Origin: an uncultured Verrucomicrobiota bacterium
GTDB lineage: Bacteria > Auribacterota > JABMQX01
Length of the DNA: 64,000 bases
Assembly (NCBI GenBank): GCA_964516325.1
Contig: CAZFAP010000003.1
Span: forward strand, 10,499-74,498
Direction of reading: 5' to 3'
Each line of letters opens with the position of its first letter. The stretch's first letter is position 1. This document shows positions 1-9,303 of this stretch, piece after piece. Under the pieces are notes generated by a model. It had not been told where the DNA came from, did not search any database, and saw nothing but the letters and a program-made list of their open reading frames with translations. Made by a program: the position numbers and the translations under genes.

Positions 1-627
1 GTCAAATGGCTGATTTCGATGAGCGCGGTCGGAAGCCTGAGGGAAGAGCTTCGTCCGACCGATGTTGTGATTCCTGACCAGTTCTACGACCGCACGAAGC
101 TCCGGAAGGACACGTTCTTCGGCGACGGGGTGGCGGCGCACGTCTCCTTTGGCGATCCCGTGTGCAAGAGCCTGTTCCACATCCTCGTCGAGGCAGCCAG
201 AGAAGCGGGCGCGGTCGTCCACAAAGGCGGCACGTACGTCAACATGGAAGGTCCCGCGTTTTCGACGCGCGCGGAATCGAACACGTATCGCAAGCTCGGG
301 TTTGATGTCGTGGGCATGACGAATCTCACCGACGCGAAGCTCGCTCGAGAAGCCGAAATGTGCTATGCGACGCTGGCAATGGTCACCGATTACGACTGCT
401 GGAAAGAAGATGCAGAGGAGGTCAGCGTCGAGACCATCATCCGGACTCTTCAAGAGAATGCGAAAATGGCTCAGCGAATCATGCAGCTCGCGATCAAGAA
501 AATACCAGCGGAGCAGAATTGCCAATGCGCTCGCGCGCTTGAGAAAGCAATCATCACCCGACCCGACCTCATCCCACAGGAAGCGAAACGCAGGTTGGAG
601 GCAATCATCGGCAAGTACATTAAATAG
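1..627 (+). CDS. mtnP: S-methyl-5'-thioadenosine phosphorylase (5'-partial, frame open from base 1)
   Basis: PNP/MTAP motifs: GTYVNMEGPAFSTRAES, VVGMT, EAEMCYATLAMVTDYDCWK. The reading frame continues upstream of ATG19 (VKWLISMSAVGSL). Confidence 0.92.
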   Translation, partial: VKWLISMSAVGSLREELRPTDVVIPDQFYDRTKLRKDTFFGDGVAAHVSFGDPVCKSLFHILVEAAREAGAVVHKGGTYVNMEGPAFSTRAESNTYRKLGFDVVGMTNLTDAKLAREAEMCYATLAMVTDYDCWKEDAEEVSVETIIRTLQENAKMAQRIMQLAIKKIPAEQNCQCARALEKAIITRPDLIPQEAKRRLEAIIGKYIK

Positions 628-715
628 TCTCTTCTCAGAGGGAGGCCGCACCGTCCTTGGACCGGCGTGCCGCGTATCGCGCGGGCGCCGCCATACAAAC
701 AGGGGCGTCAACGTC

Positions 716-3058
716 GTGGAAACAGAAACCAGAGACATTCTCCAAGGGACCATTGAAAAAGTCATTTTCCTCAACGAGGCGAACGGCTACACCGTCGCTC
801 GCCTCCAGCCCGACTCCCGCGATGCGCTGGTCGCCTCATTGCGCAAGCATGGAGAATCCTCTGTCGTGGGTCGCGGCCTCATGGACCTCGACCGGACCGG
901 TTCCGTGACGATCGTGGGGAATCTTCTCGGTGTCTCTGCGGGGGAAATCCTGCGTTGCATCGGCGGCTGGGTGGTGGATGAGAGGTTCGGACTTCAGTTC
1001 CGGGTGGAAGAGTACGAGTCCGTCGTTCCCTCGACGGAGGAGGGGTTGCGAAGATACCTTGCGTCCGGGCTGATTCCGGGCATCGGGGAGGGCTTCGCCA
1101 AGCGCCTGGTTGACCACTTCGGGATGGAGACGGCTGACATCATCGAAAATGAACCCGACCGCCTGAGGGAGGTGCCCGGCTTTGGGACGAAACGAATTGC
1201 CGCGCTCCGCGGCGGCTGGGAAGAGCAGGCACAGGTGCGTCGGATCATGATATTCCTCCACAGCCACGGGATCAGCACTCCTCTCGCCCTCAAGATTTAC
1301 AAAAGATACGGCAACGAGTCCGTGCGTGTCCTTCAGGAGAACCCGTACGCGCTCGCGCTCGAGGTCTCCGGCGTCGGCTTCATCAAGGCGGACAGGATTG
1401 CCCGAACCCTCGGCTTCGCGTTGGATTCGATGGAGCGTGCCCAGGCGGGGATTGTGTATGTTCTCGAACAGGCGGCGATGGGGGACGGGCATTGCTATCT
1501 GCCGGTCCGAGAACTTGTGGCCCGGGCATCGGAGCTTCTGGGGGTGGAGAGTTGGATTGTCGTCGAGGCGCTGCAAAGGCTGTTGGAATCAAAACTGGTG
1601 ATCCTCGAAAACATTGACCAGTCCGCGGAGGTTTCGGTCGGAGACGAGGAAGGGAATTCCAACCTTGCGACACTCATTGAACAAGAGGAGGATGGTGCGC
1701 CGGAACACGCGGTGTTCATAAGGTCTCTGCTGTTGGCGGAGCGGGACGTGGGAGCGAGGCTCGTCCGCATGAAATCCGCAGCGTCCTCGATCCCTCCGAT
1801 CAAGATTGACAAAGCAATTCAGTGGGTTCAGCAGACCGTCGGCATCACTCTTTCCGAAGAGCAGAAAAATGCTCTGCGTCTCGCGCTGAAGGAAAAGGAC
1901 CTCGTCATCACGGGGGGGCCCGGCACGGGAAAGACGACGCTGATCAATTGCATCTCCAAGATTTGGGGCTATAAGAAGGTCGCGTTCTTCCTCGCGGCGC
2001 CGACGGGAAGGGCGGCAAAGAGAATGTCGGAACTCACCGGCGAAGACGCCAAGACGATTCATCGGCTGCTGGAGTTCAGCCCCAAGACGGGGCATTTCGT
2101 GAGAAACCAGGATTATCCCCTTGAATGCGGCGCCCTGATTCTCGACGAGAGCTCTATGCTCGATATCTCTCTCATGAGCAGCCTTCTGAAAGCGACGCCC
2201 GACGAGGCGACCCTAATCCTCGTCGGGGATGTGGACCAGCTCCCGCCCGTTGGACCGGGGAACGTCCTGAAAGACATCATTGATTCGCACGTGATTCCCT
2301 CCGTCAAGTTGACGGAGATATTCCGGCAGGCGCAGCGCAGCCGCATCGTGATTAACGCGCACCGCGTGAATGCGGGCATGTCACCAGACCTGGAGCCGCC
2401 GGAAAGCGGCGAAGAGACGGACTTCTATTTCGTCGAATGCGAGACCCAGACGAAGGTTTTAAGCGCCGTCAAGACGCTCGTGGCGGAAAGGATACCGCGG
2501 AAATTCGGGTTCGACCCGATCGCGGACGTGCAGGTTCTTTCGCCAATGCATAAGGGACCAGTGGGAGTGGAGAACTTGAATTTCGAGTTACAGGAGCTTC
2601 TCAACCCAAGCGGCGAAAGAATCATCTTCGGGGGCAGGTCGTTCCGCAAGAACGACAAGGTGATGCAGGTGAAGAACAACTACGCGAAGGAGGTTTTCAA
2701 CGGCGATACGGGCGCCATCGCCGAGGCGGACGAGAGCCAGGGGATTTTGAGGGTGAGTTTCGGCGACAAGTTAATTGAATACTCGCGGGCGGACGTGGAC
2801 GAGCTTGTGTTGGCGTACGCGGCTTCGGTCCACAAAGCGCAGGGCTCCGAATATCCGGCGGTGGTCATTCCCATCGTCACGCAGCACTACATGCTTTTGC
2901 AGAGAAACCTGCTCTACACGGCGATCAGCCGGGGGAAACAGCTCGTCGTCCTCGTCGGCTCGAGAAAAGCCATCGCTATCGCCGTCAACAACGACAGGGT
3001 GACGAAGAGATACACCAACCTCGAGAATCGCCTCCGCAACCTCGCCCTGGGGTCTTGA
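716..3058 (+). CDS. recD2: ATP-dependent RecD-like DNA helicase (RecD2)
   Basis: N-terminal OB-like region (LQGTIEKVIF..NGYTVARL), HhH (GIGEGFAKRL, VPGFG), Walker A GGPGTGKT, AAPTGRAAKR, ILDESSM, VGDVDQLPPVGPG, AYAASVHKAQGSEY. GTG716 chosen after a purine-rich RBS-like tract; the longer ORF start overlaps mtnP. Confidence 0.9.
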   Translation: METETRDILQGTIEKVIFLNEANGYTVARLQPDSRDALVASLRKHGESSVVGRGLMDLDRTGSVTIVGNLLGVSAGEILRCIGGWVVDERFGLQFRVEEYESVVPSTEEGLRRYLASGLIPGIGEGFAKRLVDHFGMETADIIENEPDRLREVPGFGTKRIAALRGGWEEQAQVRRIMIFLHSHGISTPLALKIYKRYGNESVRVLQENPYALALEVSGVGFIKADRIARTLGFALDSMERAQAGIVYVLEQAAMGDGHCYLPVRELVARASELLGVESWIVVEALQRLLESKLVILENIDQSAEVSVGDEEGNSNLATLIEQEEDGAPEHAVFIRSLLLAERDVGARLVRMKSAASSIPPIKIDKAIQWVQQTVGITLSEEQKNALRLALKEKDLVITGGPGTGKTTLINCISKIWGYKKVAFFLAAPTGRAAKRMSELTGEDAKTIHRLLEFSPKTGHFVRNQDYPLECGALILDESSMLDISLMSSLLKATPDEATLILVGDVDQLPPVGPGNVLKDIIDSHVIPSVKLTEIFRQAQRSRIVINAHRVNAGMSPDLEPPESGEETDFYFVECETQTKVLSAVKTLVAERIPRKFGFDPIADVQVLSPMHKGPVGVENLNFELQELLNPSGERIIFGGRSFRKNDKVMQVKNNYAKEVFNGDTGAIAEADESQGILRVSFGDKLIEYSRADVDELVLAYAASVHKAQGSEYPAVVIPIVTQHYMLLQRNLLYTAISRGKQLVVLVGSRKAIAIAVNNDRVTKRYTNLENRLRNLALGS

Positions 3059-3086
3059 CTTCCGTCCGGACACGAGACGCTACGCC

Positions 3087-3947
3087 CTACAGTTCCTTCT
3101 CTTTCTCGAACGTGTGTTCCTTGAGACGGAGAGAAACGACCGCGAGCACCAGGAAAGCCAGACAAATCCCGATGAGGGTTTTCACCGCTTGATCCGGCGG
3201 CGTGGGCTCCACGGCGAATGCCAGAACGCCGCCCTGGGAGCCCCAATTGGGGATGAGGCTGTGGATGTAATGCATCAACGTCAATTTCTTCAGGAACACG
3301 GGAAGATACGGAAGGATGCTTTCCCAGACGAAGCAGTAGCCGAAGGCGGTTATGACCGGGTGCTTGAAGGTCGCCCCGAAAAAGGTGAAAACGGCGCCAT
3401 AAGCAAGCACCGCGAGCACGACAACTTCAGCGCATCTCGAGAAGGGAACAGCATTCCGGAATGAAGTTGGGTCCTGGTCCAAACTCGAGAAAATCGAATA
3501 GGTCGCAATCAGGGACGCGAGAAGAATCGCACTGGCGCTCAGCGCATAAGCCAGGAATTTCCCGACGACAATCGCTTCTCTGGGGAGCGGTCTGACGAGA
3601 AGAAAGATAATCGTGCGGTCGCTCCTCTCGTCGGCAATGAGGGAAATGCCATAGACGATCGTCGTGAGGAGGACAACGAAATAGACGTAAAGCCCGACGA
3701 AGAGGCCGGTAAATATCTCCTGGCTGGCGGGTCGTATCTCTTGCTCCGGAGCGACGTGTTTGATAATGAGCGCGAGACCGACTGGCACGCAAGCGAGCAG
3801 AATGACCGCGATTGTCCGCTTGGTCATAGCAAGGTTCCGCACCGTCAGGCGGGCCATCGTCCACGTTTGGTAAAGCCAGCGAAATCCGGGGTTGCCTATC
3901 GGCCCGGGGAGTTCCCGCGTTCGCGTGCTCTCAGAGATCTCGCTCAT
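3087..3947 (-). CDS. ABC-2 type transporter permease
   Basis: About six hydrophobic segments and GISLIADERSDRTIIFLLVRPLPR, typical of ABC-2 permeases. Overlaps the upstream ATPase stop (ATGA). Confidence 0.85.
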   Translation of the reverse strand: MSEISESTRTRELPGPIGNPGFRWLYQTWTMARLTVRNLAMTKRTIAVILLACVPVGLALIIKHVAPEQEIRPASQEIFTGLFVGLYVYFVVLLTTIVYGISLIADERSDRTIIFLLVRPLPREAIVVGKFLAYALSASAILLASLIATYSIFSSLDQDPTSFRNAVPFSRCAEVVVLAVLAYGAVFTFFGATFKHPVITAFGYCFVWESILPYLPVFLKKLTLMHYIHSLIPNWGSQGGVLAFAVEPTPPDQAVKTLIGICLAFLVLAVVSLRLKEHTFEKEKEL

Positions 3948-4909
3948 GTTCTCTTCTCTTCGACAAGGTATTTGAAAACTGCTTCCACGGTATCGTCGGG
4001 GGACGTCAGCGACTCCACTTCGACATTGTTAGAAAGAACAAGCTCCGGCAGCCGCGTGAAAAACGCATTGGGGCTGACCGTTTCGACCAACAGCCCCTGA
4101 TCCTTGCCCTCGAATCGCACGGACACGACGTCCTGGAACTCCAACAACTTCGCGGAGAGGTATCTTGGCTTATCGCACGTTATGTGCACCTTTCGCGGGT
4201 ACTTGTCGAGCAGTTCGCGGACTTCGTGGACATTCCCCTCGGCAAGGATTTTGCCGTTGTTCATGACCACGATATTGTTGGTCATAGCCTCGATCTCGTG
4301 GAGGATGTGGCTGGAGACGACGACGGTCTTTCCTTCCTCCGCGAATTTCCGAATGAGGTCAATGATCTGCTTTCGGGCGAGGGGGTCCATCCCCGAGAGA
4401 GGTTCGTCGAGGAGCATAATCTCCGGATCGTGCGCGATAGCCTGCGCCACCTTGAGCCTCTGCCGCATTCCCTTGCTATAGGCGCCGATTCTCTTGCTGG
4501 CCTGTTCGAGCAACCCGACCGTGCCGAGCGCGGCCTTAACCCTTCGCCTCGCTGCCTTTGGCAGAAATCCTGAAAGTCGGAGCATTGCAGATAGAAACTC
4601 GAAGCCGGTCATTCCCCGGTAGAATGAATCAATGTCCGGGCAATAACCGACGGAGCGAAAGACGGAGGGATTTGACCAGGGGCGTCTGCCACGAATTTTG
4701 ACTTCTCCCTGGCTCGGCTTGAGTTGTCCAGCGATGAGATTGAGCAGCGTGGTCTTTCCGGCGCCGTTCGGTCCCAAAAGCCCCGTTATGCCCGGGCGAA
4801 TGATCACGCTGATTTTGTTGACGCCGATGACCTCGCCGTACCACTTCGATAGGTCAACCGCTTCAATCGGGGCGTCTGCGTGATTCACGGTTTCTCTCTG
4901 CGAGATCAT
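3944..4909 (-). CDS. ABC transporter ATP-binding protein
   Basis: Walker A GPNGAGKT, signature YSKGMRQR, Walker B MLLDEP, H-loop SSHILHE. Confidence 0.92.
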   Translation of the reverse strand: MISQRETVNHADAPIEAVDLSKWYGEVIGVNKISVIIRPGITGLLGPNGAGKTTLLNLIAGQLKPSQGEVKIRGRRPWSNPSVFRSVGYCPDIDSFYRGMTGFEFLSAMLRLSGFLPKAARRRVKAALGTVGLLEQASKRIGAYSKGMRQRLKVAQAIAHDPEIMLLDEPLSGMDPLARKQIIDLIRKFAEEGKTVVVSSHILHEIEAMTNNIVVMNNGKILAEGNVHEVRELLDKYPRKVHITCDKPRYLSAKLLEFQDVVSVRFEGKDQGLLVETVSPNAFFTRLPELVLSNNVEVESLTSPDDTVEAVFKYLVEEKRT

Positions 4910-5976
4910 TTGACCACCTCAACTCCTCGCACCCTGCGGACCAGGACCACCGCGCACAGGACCATGATCCCGACGAGAATCGCCAGCGACCATCCCCACG
5001 GAGCATCGAAGGACCCCTCCAGGCCAAAAATCTTGTCGCCGACGCGTATCCAGTTGTGCTGGAAAGAAATGAGGAGATAGGCGTCGTTGCGGGTCGAATT
5101 CCGCAGGACCAGGGCGACGGCGGGTGAGAGCAGAAAAAGCGCCGCACCTCCGGAGGCAGCGCTGGGGATATTCCTTGAGAGCGCCGAAAGCGCCAGAATT
5201 GGAAGCGACCCACTGAAAACGATCAGCAAGGAATATCCGGCAGTGGCCGCCGCCACCCACCAGTACGTGCGAATGTACAGGGAGTCGCCGAGGAGTATGG
5301 CCTGAAGCAGAAACAGGATGATCCCCGGAACTAATGTGACCATCGTCAGGAGAAAGGCGATGACCCCTAATTTGCCGAGAATGTACTCTCTCCCTGTGAT
5401 GGGCTTAGCGAGGTAGATTTGAAGCGCATTGAATCTGACGTCCTTGGCAATCAGCCCCGCTCCAACGGTCAACAACAGGAGGAAAAGAAAGAGAAACTCC
5501 CTCTTCATGTAACCGTTATAGAAGTCTGGCTTTACACCCGGCGGAATCAGACGCTTGATCTCTGTGTTCGTCTGGCGAGCGACCGCGAGAATCTTCTTAC
5601 TGTTTTCCCCCTCGGGGACAAAAAGCCTCACCTGAGGCGGCTCACCCTGCGACCCGATTCTTTCTTGTGAGAGCCTCTCCAGAAAAGCTCTCGCGTCGCC
5701 CTCAATTTCCGCCTCGTACACTCTTTGGCCCATTTCCGCCGTGGGCGCGGGGCCTCCAATCTGTCTTATGAACGTCGAGACTTTTCCGAGATGGGTCAGC
5801 CCGTATATAAACACGCCCCCCGCCAAGAACGGCAGGAGCGAGAAGGTAAGCAACACCCTCACCGCCTTTTTCTTGAAGGCCGTTTTGATTCCGTACTTGG
5901 TGATGACCCACCATCGGAACGCATGAGAGCGAAAGCTTCCCGTCCAGTGCTTGTAGCTCTGGTCGTAAACGGGCAT
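4906..5976 (-). CDS. ABC-2 type permease with ~60-aa insert homologous to the ATPase C-terminal domain
   Basis: Multiple TM segments; GAGLIAKDVRFNALQIYLAKPI motif; insert QRVYEAEIEGDARAFLERL...EIKRLIP after TM1. Confidence 0.85.
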   Translation of the reverse strand: MPVYDQSYKHWTGSFRSHAFRWWVITKYGIKTAFKKKAVRVLLTFSLLPFLAGGVFIYGLTHLGKVSTFIRQIGGPAPTAEMGQRVYEAEIEGDARAFLERLSQERIGSQGEPPQVRLFVPEGENSKKILAVARQTNTEIKRLIPPGVKPDFYNGYMKREFLFLFLLLLTVGAGLIAKDVRFNALQIYLAKPITGREYILGKLGVIAFLLTMVTLVPGIILFLLQAILLGDSLYIRTYWWVAAATAGYSLLIVFSGSLPILALSALSRNIPSAASGGAALFLLSPAVALVLRNSTRNDAYLLISFQHNWIRVGDKIFGLEGSFDAPWGWSLAILVGIMVLCAVVLVRRVRGVEVVK

Positions 5977-6894
5977 TTATCTCTTTCCCTTTTCGTTCAC
6001 GCTCTCGACGAAGACTTGCTCTAACGAGCTCTTCTCGAACACCAGGTGCCGTATCTGACTGCCGCTGTCCCTCGCCGCAGAGAAAATCTTCGCTGTCCCT
6101 TCCTCTTCCGGAATGAAGACTTTGATCAGGTTATCCTTCCATTCGTTCCACTCGTAGCCGTAGTCCGCAAGCCGGCTGCAGAAAGACCGCGTGTCCCCCC
6201 AAACCCTCACCTCGTACACCTTCTTGTTCACACCCTTCAAATCGGCGATATTTCCGTGAACGACGACTCTCCCTCTATCGAGCACGACAACCTCATCGCA
6301 TACCGCCTCCACGTCGGGCAAGAGGTGCGTCGAGAGGAGCACACCGACGCCCTTCTCTCGCGAGATGTCTTTGATGAGATGCAGCATCTCCTCTCTTCCC
6401 GCGGGGTCCATGCCATTCGTTGGCTCGTCGAGAAGCAGGAGTTTCGGGTCGTGGATCAGAGCCTGGGCGAGCTTGATCCTCTGCTTCATCCCTGCGGAAA
6501 AGGTCTCTACGGTTCGGTATCGCGCTTCGCCCAGCCCGACATAGTGGAGGATCTCATGAGCTCGCTGCGTGGCGTCGTCCTTGGGCATTCCGCACAGCTC
6601 GCCAAAATATGTCAGGAATCGGACGGCGGTCATGTCTGGAATCAGGCAATCGTCTTCAGGAAGGTAACCGACGAGTTGACGCACCCGGAGTCGTTCGTTG
6701 ACGATGCTGTGGCTGAGGACCGTGCCGGTCCCTTTGTCTGGGTTCAGAAAACCCAGCAAACCTCTTATCAGCGTCGTTTTTCCGGCGCCGTTCGGGCCCA
6801 GAAGCCCGACCGCCGGTCCCTCGACGGAGAAACTCACGTCATCGAGGGCCAGCGTCGCGCCGTACCGAACGGTCAGTCCTTCGATCTCGATCAT
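5977..6894 (-). CDS. ABC transporter ATP-binding protein
   Basis: Walker A GPNGAGKT, FSAGMKQR, LLLDEPT, STHLL; C-terminal extra domain. Confidence 0.92.
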   Translation of the reverse strand: MIEIEGLTVRYGATLALDDVSFSVEGPAVGLLGPNGAGKTTLIRGLLGFLNPDKGTGTVLSHSIVNERLRVRQLVGYLPEDDCLIPDMTAVRFLTYFGELCGMPKDDATQRAHEILHYVGLGEARYRTVETFSAGMKQRIKLAQALIHDPKLLLLDEPTNGMDPAGREEMLHLIKDISREKGVGVLLSTHLLPDVEAVCDEVVVLDRGRVVVHGNIADLKGVNKKVYEVRVWGDTRSFCSRLADYGYEWNEWKDNLIKVFIPEEEGTAKIFSAARDSGSQIRHLVFEKSSLEQVFVESVNEKGKR

Positions 6895-6939
6895 ATCTGT
6901 TGTTTCTGTAACTCCTGAACCTCCTCTAAAATTGGTAAA

Positions 6940-6948
6940 ATTATATCA
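6940..6948 (-). promoter_or_regulatory. Extended -10 promoter candidate for the ABC operon
   Basis: Minus strand reads TG-a-TATAAT about 45 nt upstream of ATG6894. Confidence 0.45.
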
Positions 6949-7154
6949 CAGCCGCGGCTTTCCCGTCGCGGGAATAATCCCCCCTTTGCGGTGTTGACAC
7001 CATCGTCAGGCCGAGTCGCCCTGAACTATAGTATGGGTCTCAACCACGAATACTTCACAAAAACTGACGTCTGCCGGTTGCTGGCAGCGCTGTGGCTTTG
7101 AATCTGGCACTCATCGTTCGCGGTGCGCCTCGTGCGGAGCGGACCGAATTGGGC

Positions 7155-7526
7155 TCACCGCCTGGGAGGGAACGCATCCTTGATGAGCTCGATTTCTGGC
7201 GGGCCGTTTTCGGGGAGGATGATTCCCACAAAGTCAAATCGCCAATCCTGGTCTTCGAGGCGGTATCTGTGGAGATAGTGGCGGGCAGCGCGGGTAACGT
7301 GGCGCCTTTTCTCGCGACTCAGGGCTTCAAAAGGCGAGCCGTATTTCCCCGAAGATAGCGTTCGCACCTCCACGAAGGCTATGGTTTTCCTGTCCTGGGC
7401 GATGATGTCAATTTCGCCGTGCGGGCACGAATAGTTGATTGCCCGCATTCGGTATCCCTGCCTTCGCAGAAAGTTCCGCGCGATTTTCTCCCCCTTTTTT
7501 CCGAGGTCATCCGTCTCGCGGGCCAT
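7155..7526 (-). CDS. YraN family (UPF0102) putative endonuclease
   Basis: LGKKGEKIARNFLRRQGY, GEIDIIA, IAFVEVRT, RFDFVGI. Start at MARETDD. Confidence 0.9.
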   Translation of the reverse strand: MARETDDLGKKGEKIARNFLRRQGYRMRAINYSCPHGEIDIIAQDRKTIAFVEVRTLSSGKYGSPFEALSREKRRHVTRAARHYLHRYRLEDQDWRFDFVGIILPENGPPEIELIKDAFPPRR

Positions 7527-7700
7527 GCGCTGCCCCTCGACCTTTTGTTCACTGTTTCTCCAATTGCGACCGTTGCATAGTATCGCACAAGCGTGCCCGG
7601 CGGGGCAAGGACTTGGGAGCATTCGTGCCAACCCGGCACAACCCTGGGTTTCCTTATGGACCGGGTCTGGCCGATTGGAGAATCGCGCGGTGGTTCGGTG

Positions 7701-7729
7701 TTGACATGGGGGCGAGGCTTTGGTATAGG
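7701..7729 (+). promoter_or_regulatory. sigma70-type promoter candidate
   Basis: TTGACA-N17-TATAGG, with TG at the extended -10 position, upstream of the glycosyltransferase. Confidence 0.4.
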
Positions 7730-8012
7730 CACGTTACAGGATCGCAGGGGACTGTCTCGATCCCACAGCGCGCTGTCTCAAGCGGCGCGGACGTGGCCCG
7801 TCCACTCGTCATGGGCAGCAGCAAGCCTATCTGCTCCCGAGGCAGATAGTCGAATAGATGGACACAGAGTTGAAGCTTGCGGAGGCGGCTGCTTCCTTCT
7901 CTTTCAGGAGGTTCGCGGTAATATTTGCTGCTGCGCCTGCGACTCGCCACCGTCTGCGGGTTTTTGTCTCCAAGAGGCAGTTTTGGCAGCGCACGGGTGG
8001 TTTCCCGGGACA

Positions 8013-9194
8013 ATGAAAATAGCGATTATCCACGATTACCAACCCAACCTGGGCGGCACAACCGAGGTCGTGATCCGAATGGCAAGGGCCCTCAGCAAAA
8101 GGGGGCATTCGTGCAAATTGATTACGCATCCCGAGTCGTGGGTGCTGGGGCGCGATAAGGAGAACCTCGAACTGGTCCGTACGCCGAAGTTCAGGATAAC
8201 GTTCATGGAATACATACCCCATCACCCGGTGAAAGTCGGCAAGATCGTTTCTTTGTATGAAAGCGGGCATATAGACCTGTGCCACGCTCATTATGCCCTG
8301 CCTTACGGCCTGACCGCGTATCTCGCCAAGCAGACCTGCGGGATCCCTTACGTGCTGACGCTTCACGGCACGGACGTTCATCGGCTTGCCTCCGTGCGGC
8401 CGCTAAAGCCCGTTCTGAGATTGTGCTTGGAGAATGCCGATGCGGTGACTACCGTGTGCGGGTACCTGAGGGCTCGGGCAAAAGCAAAGCTTCATCTGCG
8501 CAAAAGGATTGTGGTGATTCCGAATTTCGTGGATACCGTGCGCTTTCAGAAGATACCGCGGTCTCGCGCGTTGAGGAAGCAATTTCGCATTCCGCCCGGG
8601 ACATCGGTGGTAACGCATATCTCCAACTACGCAGCGATCAAAAACACATTGATAATCCCCGATATCGCACGGCTTGTCGTTCAATGCCACCCCAAAACGG
8701 TCTTTCTGATGGTCGGCGAACGGCTGGGAGAAACCGGCTATGACCTCGAGAGGCTCAAGAAGAAGGTGTCGGATTTCCACTTAGACCGGCACTTTCGATT
8801 TGTTGGAAGGCGAGCGGACATTGCGCGGATTTTGAGCCTGTCGGAAACGACCATCCTGACTTCTTTGAAAGAGGGGGCGCCTCTGGCAGCGCTTGAGTCG
8901 CTCGCAATGGGCGTTCCGGTAGTGTCATCGAGGGGCGGAGGCATGCCGGAACTTGTCAAGCACGGGATGAACGGCTTTCTCATCGAGACACAGGACATCG
9001 AGAAGTATGCGGAATTCATCCTGCGGCTTATCCAGGACCACGAGTTAAGGTCCAGACTTGGAAGGAAGGCCGTGCAAACGATTCATCAAAAGTACTCGGA
9101 AGACCTGGTCATCCCCCGATATTTAGAGTTATACGAGTCGGTCCTGAAACGCTCGGGCAAGAGGGGCCGCGGCAGGCGTCGCCGAGGTGCATAG
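8013..9194 (+). CDS. GT4 glycosyltransferase, BshA-like (N-acetylglucosaminyl L-malate synthase family)
   Basis: DLCHAHYALPY and LTLHGTDV resemble BshA; VIPNFVD; GT4 C-terminal motif KEGAPLAALESLAMGVPVVSS. Confidence 0.8.
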   Translation: MKIAIIHDYQPNLGGTTEVVIRMARALSKRGHSCKLITHPESWVLGRDKENLELVRTPKFRITFMEYIPHHPVKVGKIVSLYESGHIDLCHAHYALPYGLTAYLAKQTCGIPYVLTLHGTDVHRLASVRPLKPVLRLCLENADAVTTVCGYLRARAKAKLHLRKRIVVIPNFVDTVRFQKIPRSRALRKQFRIPPGTSVVTHISNYAAIKNTLIIPDIARLVVQCHPKTVFLMVGERLGETGYDLERLKKKVSDFHLDRHFRFVGRRADIARILSLSETTILTSLKEGAPLAALESLAMGVPVVSSRGGGMPELVKHGMNGFLIETQDIEKYAEFILRLIQDHELRSRLGRKAVQTIHQKYSEDLVIPRYLELYESVLKRSGKRGRGRRRRGA

Positions 9195-9303
9195 CAGCCT
9201 TCTTGCCGGGCGAATGCAGATTGCGACGTCGCGCAGAGCGAGAGCACGTGCGACGGCAATGGGAGACAGAAAGGAAGGCAGTTGAATTCGAGAGGGCACG
9301 ACA

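Noticed and set aside
365-715. N-terminal extension of RecD2 in the ORF track
   Set aside because: It overlaps mtnP in another frame and is Arg/Ser-rich noise; homology starts at about GTG716.
7654-8013. Minus-strand 119-aa ORF with a faint degenerate GGDEF-like stretch
   Set aside because: Similarity is too weak, and it occupies the promoter/leader region of the divergent glycosyltransferase.
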